From NCBI GenBank assembly GCA_963664705.1, contig OY761556.1, forward strand, positions 1-64,000: DNA of 64,000 bases, read 5' to 3'. The DNA comes from Acidobacteriota bacterium (GTDB lineage Bacteria > Acidobacteriota > UBA6911). Under the pieces are notes generated by a model that worked only from the letters and a program-made list of their open reading frames with translations, made no database searches and was not told where the DNA came from. The translations under genes were made by a program, and so were the position numbers. Below, one piece after another: positions 38,665-48,100 of the stretch. Position 1 is the stretch's first letter. Each line of letters starts with the position of its first letter.

Positions 38665-40581
38665 CTAGGTTTCGGCTGCAAAATCGGATTCCAGAATTTC
38701 AAGTTTCTGATCCTGCATGCCGTACAGCTTGGCATAAAAGCCGCCGGGTTTCAGAATCAGCTCATCATGCGTGCCTGATTCTACGATCCTTCGGTTGTGC
38801 ACTACCAGGACCTGATCCGCATTGCGAATCGTTGACAGGCGATGTGCAATAATGAAACTGGTTCGTCCCTTCATCAGCCGGATCAATCCCTCCTGGATGT
38901 GCGATTCGGTCAAGCTGTCCACGCTGGAAGTTGCCTCGTCCAGTATCAGAATGCGTGGATCGGCAAGGATGGCGCGCGCGATTCCCAGCAATTGACGTTC
39001 GCCCTGCGACAGATTGTTCCCCCGTTCGGACAGAACCGTGTCGTACCCGTGCGGCAGGCGAGAAATGAAATAGTGTGCATTTGCGGTTTTCGCAGCCGCA
39101 ATCATCTGTTCTTCGGAGGCATCGGGCCGGGCATAGAGCAGGTTCTCACGAATGGTCGTAGCAAAGAAGAAAGGTTCCTGAAGAACCACTCCCATTTTTG
39201 TTCGCAGGTCATCAATCCTCAGTTCGCGGATATCTGTGCCATCGACGGAGATGTGCCCCGTGCGGACATCATAGAATCGGCTCAGCAGGTTGATCAGCGT
39301 TGTTTTCCCCGCGCCGGTCGGACCAACGATTGCAACGACCTGTCCGGGTTTCGTCTGGAAACGGATACCTTCCAGGACCTGCTTCCCCTCTTCATAGGCA
39401 AACCCGACATCATGGAATTCAACATTGCCCCGGATATCGGCCAGCGGGAGCGCTCCCGGTTTTTCAACGACCTCCGGTTTCATGTCCATCATTTCAAACA
39501 GGCGCTCCGCCCCAGCAAGCGCTGATTGAATCATGCTGTACACCTGCGTAATCTGTCGCAGGGGTTCAAAGAATCGCTGAGAGTAAAGAATGAATGCGGT
39601 CAGAAGGCCGACGGAAACGCCGGTAGCCAAAGCTGCGGTGCCGGCGCCGGCGGCCTGGGCTGCGGTGGCCTTGAGCGCGAGATAGCCGCCTATCCCGACA
39701 ATCAGTGCGAGAGTCAGAGACGTCATGAAGTTCATCAGGGGCATGAAAGCATAGGAAATCAACTCCGCTTCGACGCCGATTCGCTGACTGGTATCGTTGA
39801 TTTTGTCGAATTTGGAGAACTCGGCTTCCTCGCGGCGGAACGTCTTGGTGACCTTGACTCCTGAGATCGATTCTTCAATGTTTGCCGTCAGCTTGCCTAC
39901 CCATTCCTGGTTTTTCCGAAAAGCGCTTCGTATTTTTTTGCCGATGATTCCGGTCAGGATAGCCATCACCGGCACCACGGCAAGCACGACGAAAGTCATC
40001 GGAACAGAAAGTATAAACATGGCAACCAGGACAGTGATCATGGACAGCAGACCGCCGATCAAGCTGGAGAATCCGTTGTTCATCGCATTAAAAATCATCT
40101 CGATGTCGTTGGTCATGCGGCTGATAAAATCGCCGATCCCCCGTTTATCAAAGGAGCCCATCGAGAGTGTCTGGATGTGGGCGAATGAATCCTCGCGCAG
40201 GCGATATACGATGTTGTTTGAAAGGCGAGTCATCAGGATGCCCGACCCGGCGTCTGCAATCCAGGATCCCAGGATGGTAGCCAGGATGATTTTCATCCGG
40301 TAAACGAAATCGGGCAGATTCTTCGACAGTTCCAGGTCGTATTTGATTGCCTCGCCGATCAGGGCAGGGCCCAGGGTCCGGAGCAGCGTTCCGGCCGCGA
40401 TGAACACAGTGGAGGCTACCATCAGGAACCGGTATGGTCCGAAATAGCCGATAAGGCGCCGCATGGTTTTACGATAATCCCTGGGAGCCTCGATATGCGG
40501 TTGCCAGGGATTGCGCGGAGGGCCTCCCGGCCGGGATCCGCCGCCTTGCTGGGGCTTGCCTGGTGCTTTAGATGCGCTCAT
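38665..40581 (-). CDS. ABC exporter, fused permease/ATPase (consensus half)
   Basis: GPTGAGKT, LSQGERQ, ILDEATS, IAHRLST. Confidence 0.95.
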   Translation of the reverse strand: MSASKAPGKPQQGGGSRPGGPPRNPWQPHIEAPRDYRKTMRRLIGYFGPYRFLMVASTVFIAAGTLLRTLGPALIGEAIKYDLELSKNLPDFVYRMKIILATILGSWIADAGSGILMTRLSNNIVYRLREDSFAHIQTLSMGSFDKRGIGDFISRMTNDIEMIFNAMNNGFSSLIGGLLSMITVLVAMFILSVPMTFVVLAVVPVMAILTGIIGKKIRSAFRKNQEWVGKLTANIEESISGVKVTKTFRREEAEFSKFDKINDTSQRIGVEAELISYAFMPLMNFMTSLTLALIVGIGGYLALKATAAQAAGAGTAALATGVSVGLLTAFILYSQRFFEPLRQITQVYSMIQSALAGAERLFEMMDMKPEVVEKPGALPLADIRGNVEFHDVGFAYEEGKQVLEGIRFQTKPGQVVAIVGPTGAGKTTLINLLSRFYDVRTGHISVDGTDIRELRIDDLRTKMGVVLQEPFFFATTIRENLLYARPDASEEQMIAAAKTANAHYFISRLPHGYDTVLSERGNNLSQGERQLLGIARAILADPRILILDEATSSVDSLTESHIQEGLIRLMKGRTSFIIAHRLSTIRNADQVLVVHNRRIVESGTHDELILKPGGFYAKLYGMQDQKLEILESDFAAET

Positions 40582-42347
40582 GCCGAAACCCTCCCGTTGG
40601 CACTCGCAGATCCGGATTGGGTCTCGAAAATCGTGCGATACGTCGTGTCGGATTTCAGCAGTTCGTCATGTGTGCCCATTGCAATGATGCGGCCGTCTTC
40701 CATAACCACGATTCTGTCTGCATGCCGGATTGTGTTGATCTTCTGACTGATAATGATTGCCGTACGATCTTTGAATTCTCTGTATAACGCTTCCACAATA
40801 CGTTTTTCCGTTGTCGCATCCAGAGAGGATGTGACGTCATCGAGAATGATAATATCCGGATTCGTGGCGATGGCCCGTGCAATCGCCACGCGTTGCCGCT
40901 GCCCTCCGGATAGCCCGGCGCCTCGCTCTCCGACGGACGATTCCCAGCCTTCCTCTTTTTCCGCAATAAACTCGGAAGCGCATGCAATATCGGCCGCCCG
41001 CTGCAGATCTTCCTGGCTGGCGTCAGGCGCTCCGAAGGCAACATTGTCGCGGAGCGTTCCGCTGAAGAGAACCGTTTCCTGCAATACCATGGAGACGCGG
41101 GTGCGAAGGGTATCGAAAGTCAGATCCTTTACGTCAATGCCATCGAGAAGCACGCTGCCTTCTTCGGGATCGTAAAACCTGGGGATGAGGTTGACCATGC
41201 TGGATTTGCCTGAGCCGGTTGTGCCGATGATTCCGAGATGCTCTCCCGGCCGGATCACCAGGTCGATATTGCTGAGCGCGCGCTCCCCCTCTCCGTATCG
41301 GAACGAAACATTGCGAAACTCGATCTTGCCCTGTACGGAGGGAAGACTGCGGGCCTGAGGCTTTTCCTCGATGCCGGGCTTTTCGTTGAAGAGGGCGTCG
41401 AGCCTAACCGCCGAAGCCATGGCCATGCTGACGAAATTGAGCACGAAGCCAAGCATAATGAGAGGGAACATCGCCATCATTGCATAGTTGTTGAAAGCGA
41501 TGAGTTTGCCTATCGTAAGGTTGCCGGTTGCTCCCGAAGCTATATATCCGATCAACGTTTTGCCGCCGGCCCAGATCACGATCACGGTGGCAAGCTGTGC
41601 GATCAGGAAAAACAACGGGAAAAAGAGCGACAGCTTGTACCCTACGTTCTGACTGACGTCATACAGTTTTTTGTTTCGGATGCCGAATTTCTGCCGCTCT
41701 TCCGGCTGTCTGGCAAACGCTCTGACGACTTTGGCGCCGGCCAGATTTTCCTGAAGGGTGTTGTTGATTTGGTCCAGCGCGGCTCTTGACTTCATGAAGA
41801 GAGGGCGGATGAATATGGCAACGCCGAAAAACAGAGCCAGACTCAAGGGCATGAAGATGGCCATAATGCCTGCAAGGCTGGGGTCCGTGATGTACATGGC
41901 GATGACGGTCCCGATAATCATGATGATGGACTGGACAATCATGAACACGCCCATCCTCACGAACATGCGGACCGTGTTGACATCCGAATTCAAGCGCACC
42001 ATCAGTTCGCCGGTGCGCCACCGGTCCAGGTTTTCAAAGGAGAAACTCATCACCTTCCGGTACAGAGCGTTGCGCATCTCATAGCCCATTTCCTGGGAAG
42101 ATTTGATGAGCGTATACCCGGATGCCAGGTTAAGGATCGAGGCAATCAGCGCGGTGAGAATAATGCCGGCCGCTCCCCAGATGATCGGGGAGGCGCTTAT
42201 GGTCTTAATGCCACTGTCGATGGCGTATTCAATCAGCCGCGGTTGAACTAGCCCCAGGCCGGTGGATGCGAGCAGGAGGAGAAATGAAATCGCAAGTGCA
42301 CCCACGGATTTGTTGAGAAAACGAAAGAGTCGCAGAAGAGCCAGCAT
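40578..42347 (-). CDS. ABC exporter, fused permease/ATPase (degenerate half of a heterodimer)
   Basis: GTTGSGKS, LSGGQRQR, ILDDVTS (E to D), ISQKI (H to Q); 4-bp overlap with its partner. Confidence 0.95.
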   Translation of the reverse strand: MLALLRLFRFLNKSVGALAISFLLLLASTGLGLVQPRLIEYAIDSGIKTISASPIIWGAAGIILTALIASILNLASGYTLIKSSQEMGYEMRNALYRKVMSFSFENLDRWRTGELMVRLNSDVNTVRMFVRMGVFMIVQSIIMIIGTVIAMYITDPSLAGIMAIFMPLSLALFFGVAIFIRPLFMKSRAALDQINNTLQENLAGAKVVRAFARQPEERQKFGIRNKKLYDVSQNVGYKLSLFFPLFFLIAQLATVIVIWAGGKTLIGYIASGATGNLTIGKLIAFNNYAMMAMFPLIMLGFVLNFVSMAMASAVRLDALFNEKPGIEEKPQARSLPSVQGKIEFRNVSFRYGEGERALSNIDLVIRPGEHLGIIGTTGSGKSSMVNLIPRFYDPEEGSVLLDGIDVKDLTFDTLRTRVSMVLQETVLFSGTLRDNVAFGAPDASQEDLQRAADIACASEFIAEKEEGWESSVGERGAGLSGGQRQRVAIARAIATNPDIIILDDVTSSLDATTEKRIVEALYREFKDRTAIIISQKINTIRHADRIVVMEDGRIIAMGTHDELLKSDTTYRTIFETQSGSASANGRVSA

Positions 42348-42434
42348 GGACGATTCCTTCTGTCTTTGTTGGTGAAATCCGCATGATTCGCGGCGGGCTT
42401 TGAGCCTATTTGCCGGGAATCACACGACTGAGGC

Positions 42435-42818
42435 CTATATCGAGCCATCGGCTCTTTCGCCCAAAGCCAGCCGGACTATATCCCGGAGCTGCTCCGGAGT
42501 AAATGGCTTGCAGAGGCAATCAAAAGCGCCTTGTTTTTTGAGATCCCTTGTCGACTCTTCCGTGGTAAATCCCGTCATGATAACGACCGGTAAAGCGGGG
42601 TTCAGGGTACGGATTTGCGCCAGGGTATCCATTCCGCTCAGCCCCGGCATCAGCTGGTCGAGCAGAACCAAATCGATCGTCGATTTTGCGGCCGCCAGTT
42701 CCCGGAGCCCTTCGTCTCCGGTTTCCGCTCCGAGTGTGGACCATCCAGCTTTTGAAAGCGCACGCATGCATGCGAGACGCATGTGACGGTCATCGTCGAT
42801 CACAAGAACTTGGATCAT
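42435..42818 (-). CDS. Single-domain response regulator (receiver)
   Basis: VLVIDDD, LLDQLMPG, MTG, KPF. Confidence 0.9.
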   Translation of the reverse strand: MIQVLVIDDDRHMRLACMRALSKAGWSTLGAETGDEGLRELAAAKSTIDLVLLDQLMPGLSGMDTLAQIRTLNPALPVVIMTGFTTEESTRDLKKQGAFDCLCKPFTPEQLRDIVRLALGERADGSI

Positions 42819-42912
42819 ATAAAAAAATAACCACGAGAAGTACCGAATACGCCAGAAAAATCGTATCGCGTATCTGCCTTCTCGTGGTTTTGATTACAGG
42901 TCTACGGATCGT

Positions 42913-43836
42913 CTATGCCTGGGGCCTGGGGGACAATCCGGCAGCCTTTGCGATTTCGGCTACCTTCTGTTCCCATTCGATCGCCATGATATGCACGCCC
43001 CGGACTCCCTTGATTTCCTTGACCTGCTGGATGGTTTCCACGCAGATTTTGATTCCTTCTTCCGCCTGCTTTTCCTTTGGAACCGCTTTCAGCCGGTCAA
43101 TCAGCGCATCCGGCACATCCATGCCGGGGACGTTTTTCTTCATATGACTGGCCATGCCGGCAGATTTTAAAGGAATGACACCGGCCAGGATGGCGCACTT
43201 TTCGTGCAATCCTCGATCTCTGACCATTTCCATCCACTTGGCAAACTTCTCAACGTTGTAGATGCCCTGGGTCTGGATGAATTCGCATCCGGCCTTTACC
43301 TTTTTGCCGAGACGCATGGCGCGGATTTCAAACGGATCGCCGAAGGGATTTTCGGCTGCGCCGATGAAAAGCTCCGGTTTGCCTTTGACTTCGTCGCCGC
43401 CGAGAAACTTGCCGTCATCTCTGAGCGTTTTGACCGTGTTGATCAACTGAATCGAGTCGATATCGTACACGTTCTTTGCTCTTGGATTGTCGCCGAAGCT
43501 CTGATGATCCCCGGACAGGCAGAGGATGTTGCTGATTCCGAGTGCGGCTGCTCCCAGGATGTCGCTCTGGATGGCAATCCTGTTCCGATCGCGGCACACC
43601 ATCTGCCAGATAGGATCCAGCCCCATTTCCTTTAGAATTAAGCAGGCTGAAAGTGAACTCATTCTGACGATGGAGGTCTGGTTGTCGGTGACATTGACTG
43701 CATCCACCGCGCCTTTGAGCAGACTCCCCTTCTTCCGGATCACTTCCGGGTCCGCGCCGCGCGGCGGACCGCATTCCGATGTAACTACAAAAACACCCTT
43801 TTCCAAGAGACGCTCAATGTTCGATTTCGTCTTCAC
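42913..43836 (-). CDS. metF: Methylene-tetrahydrofolate reductase
   Basis: ECGPPRG, NVTDNQ, CRDRNRIA, LSGDH, FIQTQ, GVHIMA. Confidence 0.95.
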   Translation of the reverse strand: MKTKSNIERLLEKGVFVVTSECGPPRGADPEVIRKKGSLLKGAVDAVNVTDNQTSIVRMSSLSACLILKEMGLDPIWQMVCRDRNRIAIQSDILGAAALGISNILCLSGDHQSFGDNPRAKNVYDIDSIQLINTVKTLRDDGKFLGGDEVKGKPELFIGAAENPFGDPFEIRAMRLGKKVKAGCEFIQTQGIYNVEKFAKWMEMVRDRGLHEKCAILAGVIPLKSAGMASHMKKNVPGMDVPDALIDRLKAVPKEKQAEEGIKICVETIQQVKEIKGVRGVHIMAIEWEQKVAEIAKAAGLSPRPQA

Positions 43837-43854
43837 CGTCTCAAATCCTCCATT

Positions 43855-43928
43855 TGCGAATTGACGATTTACGATTTACGATTTTGAACCTTCAATTGTA
43901 AATCGCGAATCCCTAATCGAAATAAATA
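43855..43928. repeat. Heptamer-based (ACGATTT) imperfect hairpin between metV and metF
   Basis: acgattt x3 followed by aaatcgc / aatccct / aatcga. Confidence 0.7.
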
Positions 43929-43929
43929 T

Positions 43930-44601
43930 CTATCCTAATCTCAAATCTTCTCTGACTCTCTTCCGGGGTCCGCCGTCCCGCGATACTGACCAGTCTTTTA
44001 CCGTAATGATCTCTTCATATTTTTCCAGCTGGCCGAGCCCTTTCAATCTGTCCACGATAAGCTGCCAGGCGCAATCTGTTTCCTTGTTCACTTCGCATTT
44101 CCCCGTGGCGGATCCGCCGCAAGGACCGTTGAACAAACTTTTCGCGCAGCGCGCCACCGGGCAAACGCCGCCGGTCAGATGCAGGATGCACTCGCCGCAA
44201 CCCTGGCATCTTTCCGCCCACACGCCATATTCAAGGGCAACGCCGAGGAAAGTCGTGTTGATTGCGGGAAGCACGAGCTTCTTGGGAAATCTTTCGGACG
44301 TGTACTGGATTCCCGCTCCACATGCCATCGAAATGACCGCCTCGTACTCGTCAATGAAGGGCTTGATCTGGTCGATGTATTCAAAATCGCACTGGCGTTC
44401 CAGCGTAAATTCCTTAATCTCGATTTCCTGGCCGTCCTTGGCCCGGGACATCTTCAGTTCCGAGGCCAGAACTCCGACTTCCCGTTCTCCGCCGGCAGCG
44501 CAGACAGTAATGCACTCCCTACAACCCAAAAGTAGAATCTTCTTATAGGGCTTTACCATTTGCAGGATTTCTTCCAGCGACTTCCTGTTCCCTACTATCA
44601 T
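43930..44601 (-). CDS. metV: MetV, Fe-S/zinc subunit of MTHFR
   Basis: GCRECITVC, ERQC, ACGAG, CQGCGEC, CPVARCAKSLFNGPCGG, DCAW. Confidence 0.92.
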   Translation of the reverse strand: MIVGNRKSLEEILQMVKPYKKILLLGCRECITVCAAGGEREVGVLASELKMSRAKDGQEIEIKEFTLERQCDFEYIDQIKPFIDEYEAVISMACGAGIQYTSERFPKKLVLPAINTTFLGVALEYGVWAERCQGCGECILHLTGGVCPVARCAKSLFNGPCGGSATGKCEVNKETDCAWQLIVDRLKGLGQLEKYEEIITVKDWSVSRDGGPRKRVREDLRLG

Positions 44602-44687
44602 GCTTCCTCCTAAACACGTTCACGGCTCCCCGGTTCCAGTTCCCGTTGCAACCTGAAAACGGGAAGCATGGGACGGAGAACGCGATA

Positions 44688-45158
44688 TTATGCCTTGAAT
44701 GCGTTGCGCCCTTTTTTTATGGGACTTGGCCCCAAAGCGCGAATCTTGTCCGCCATTTCATTGGCAATCGCTGCAAACCGCTGCCCCTGAGCGGAACTCA
44801 AGTTGTACATTTCCAGCCGTTCCGGTTCCAATCCAACTTCCTGTAAGAGCGTCCTGGCGTAAGCGACTCTCTTTCTTGCCCTGAGGTTGCCTTTTAGAAA
44901 ATGGCATTCTCCCTCAAGACATCCGGCAAGATACACCCCATCCATGCCGGCTTCAAACGCCTTCAGGATTGTCAGGATGTCTACTCTTCCGGTACACGGC
45001 ACTTTAATGACTTTTATGAATGTCGGGTAGTTGAGCCTCATCGAACCTGCCAGGTCCGCAGCGCTGTACGCTCAAAACTCGCAACAAAAAGCCACAATTT
45101 CCGGCTCAAATCCCGCCGGTTGCACTTTTTCCTGTACCGCCTGCTGTGTTGCTTCCAT
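44688..45158 (-). CDS. mvhD: MvhD [2Fe-2S] subunit, selenoprotein (in-frame TGA at 45072-45074)
   Basis: MEATQQ...FEPEIVAFCCEF-U-AYSAADLAGSMRL...VPCTGRVD...GCLEGECHF. RBS AAGGAG upstream of the ATG at 45158. Confidence 0.9.
45043..45057 (-). promoter_or_regulatory. Candidate bacterial SECIS hairpin
   Basis: GGACCU-GGC-AGGUUC stem-loop beginning about 14 nt 3' of the UGA. Confidence 0.55.
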
Positions 45159-45181
45159 CCTTTGCTCCTTAACTAAATCGT

Positions 45182-48100
45182 TTAGGCTGCTCCCGTGGGC
45201 GTGCTGGTCAGGGCATCAGCCTTAGCCCAGATCTGCGCTTCTCTGAAGTGCATCAGTTCAATGGCCAATGCCGGGCATTCAGCCATGCAGCTGCCGCAGC
45301 CTTTGCACTTTGCCACATCAATTTCGGCTTCGCCGTTGAGATTAATGACAGGGACGTCGTAGGGGCAAACCCTGACGCATGTCAGACATGCCGCGCAACG
45401 CTCGCCATCAACCACGGCCACAACTCCCCCGACCATCATCTTTTCTTTCGTAAGAATGGTGCAGGCACGCGAAGCCGCAGCGCTAGCCTGGGACAGCGTT
45501 TCGGTAATCAGTTTCGGACCGTGAGCGCCGCCCGCCAGGTACATCCCATCCGAAGGGAAGTCCACCGGGCGCAGCTTCATGTGCGCTTCCAGGAAGAATC
45601 CTTCCAGCGTACGCGGAAGCTTCAAAACGCCGGCGATATCCTCGTTGTCTCTTGCGTGCGTCGAAGCCGAGAGGACCACGAGATCCGGTTTGATTTCCAC
45701 GCGCTCGCGGATGATTTTGTCCTGGAACGACACGGTAAGCCCGTTCCCGTTCTTCTTTACTTCAGGTTTTTCTTCCTGTTCGTAGCGGACAAAGAGTACG
45801 CCCTTCTCGCGCGCTTTTGCATAGTACGGTTCGGCCAAACCATAGGTCCGAACGTCGCGATAGAGAACAGTGATTTCCGTGGCGGGATTCAGTTCTTTGA
45901 GCTTCAATGCGTTTTTGACGGCCGTGGCGCAGCAGGTTCTGCTGCAGTTCGGCCGATCCTGGTTTCTGGATCCCACGCACTGGATCATCACAACCTTTTT
46001 CGCGTTTGCGACGTCGGCGGACTTTGTGACGATCTTGTTTTCCAGTTCAAGTTGGGTTACGACCTTTGGATCTTCTCCGTAGAGAAATTCCGTTGGTTTA
46101 TGCTCATAGGCGCCGGTGGCAAGAACGATGACCCCGTGTTGAATCTTCTGGTATTCGCCATTGACCTTGACGCCGGTAGTGAAGTTGCCCTTGTTGCCGG
46201 TGGAATCCACGACCGTTGCATTCTTCATTGTGTGGATCATCGGGTGATTCATGACACGTTCGATTGTACTCTTCAGAAGGTTCTGGACATCCTGTCCGTC
46301 GAGAGTGTAGTGGAGGTTCCAGAGATTGCCTCCCAGCCGGTCCTCTTTTTCGAGCAGGTAGACTTCATATCCCTGGTCGGCGATCTTCAGAGCCGATGTC
46401 ATTCCGGCGATACCTCCGCCGACGACAATGGCCTTGTGGATCACAGGCAGCGCGGACTCGCCCAGAGGCTGAATCAAGCGCGCATTGGCTACGGCCATGC
46501 GGACAAGATCCTCCGCTTTATCCGTCGCCTCTTCCTTCTGTTTCATGTGGACCCAGGAGCACTGGTCGCGAATGTTCGCCATCTCGAACAGGTATTTGTT
46601 CAATCCGGCTTGACGCACCGTTTCCCGGAACATCGGTTCGTGAGTTCTCGGAGAGCAGGAGGCCACGATGACACGGTTCAGATTGTGTTCCTTGATGGCA
46701 TCCCGAATCTTGGCCTGCGTATCCTGCGAGCAGGTGAAGAGGTTGTCCTCGACGTGGACGACATTATCGAGAGTTCTTGCGTAATCCCGCACCTTGGGCA
46801 CGTTCACAACGCCGCCGATATTAATGCCGCAATTGCAGACAAATACCCCGATCCGTGGATCCTGGCCTTTGACTTCCAGTTCCGGCGGATATTCCTTTTT
46901 CTTTGTCATCGTCCCGCGTGCCAGGGCAAGTGGCGCACCGGCATCGGCCGCCGCTCCGCTGGCCTGGGCAACGGTCTCAGGAATGTCCTTCGGTCCCTGG
47001 TACGCGCCGCAAACATAGATGCCGTCTTTGGACGTTGAGTGTGGAGCGAAGGAGTTCGTGACGGCGAAGCCGTACTTGTCAACCTCGACGCCCAGCCGCT
47101 TGACCATGTTGATCGTGTGCTTGGCCGGCTCGAGACCGACAGAGAGAATCACCATTTCGAATTCTTCTTCAACAACCTTGCCGGCTTCGTCAATATAGCT
47201 GATCAGAAGGTTCTTGGTTTTGAAGTCTTCGCGAACCCTGGATACTGCGCACTTGACATACCGGACACCGGATTCCGTCTTCGCCCTTTCATAATAGGTT
47301 TCGAAGTTCTTTCCGTAGGCCCGGATATCCATGTAGAAGATAGTGGGCTCGATGTTGTTGTCATGTTCCTTCGCGATAATCGCTTCCTTGGTGGCATACA
47401 TGCAGCACACGGAGGAGCAATAGTCGTTGCCGCAGGAAGTGTCGCGGCTTCCCACGCATTGGATGAACGCAATCTTTTTCGGGTGCTTTCCGTCAGACAT
47501 GCGCTGAACGGTCCCGGCAAAGGGTCCGCTGGCGCTCAGGATACGTTCGAACTCGAGGCTGGTGACAACGTTAGGGTATTGTCCATAACCCAACTCGGGC
47601 CGGATGTTGCCCTCTACCGTTTTGAATCCGGGGGTAAGAACGATGGCGCCAACTTTTATATCTTCGATTTTGTCGCGATCGTCATGATTGACGGCGCCGA
47701 CGCGGCAGGCATATACGCACTGGTTGCATTCTGAGCATACGCCGCATTCGAGGCAGCGCTTTGCCGCTTCAACAACGTCATCTTCGCTGAGCGCGGCTTC
47801 CACTTCATTGAAGTCGTGTTTGCGTTCGCCAGGATTTCGTTTGCTGGGTTCGAATCGGTCAGCCGGAGATGTGATCTCAATCAGCTGCTCTTTCTGTTCC
47901 ACATCGAGAGTGGCTTCCGGCAGCCGTTCGAGAACCGGGACCGCAGGAGGCCATGCATTCGCCGCTTCACCCGCTAAATAGGCTTCGATGGCTTTTGCGG
48001 CCTTATGGCCGGCGTCAATCGCTTCGACCACCCATGTTGTGCCTGTGACCACATCGCCGCCGGCGAAAATGCCGGGAACGTTCGTGGCCAGCGTGTTTTT

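Noticed and set aside
44688-45041. mvhD as a truncated gene or pseudogene
   Set aside because: Better explained by Sec read-through at a conserved Cys position with an intact N-terminus and RBS.
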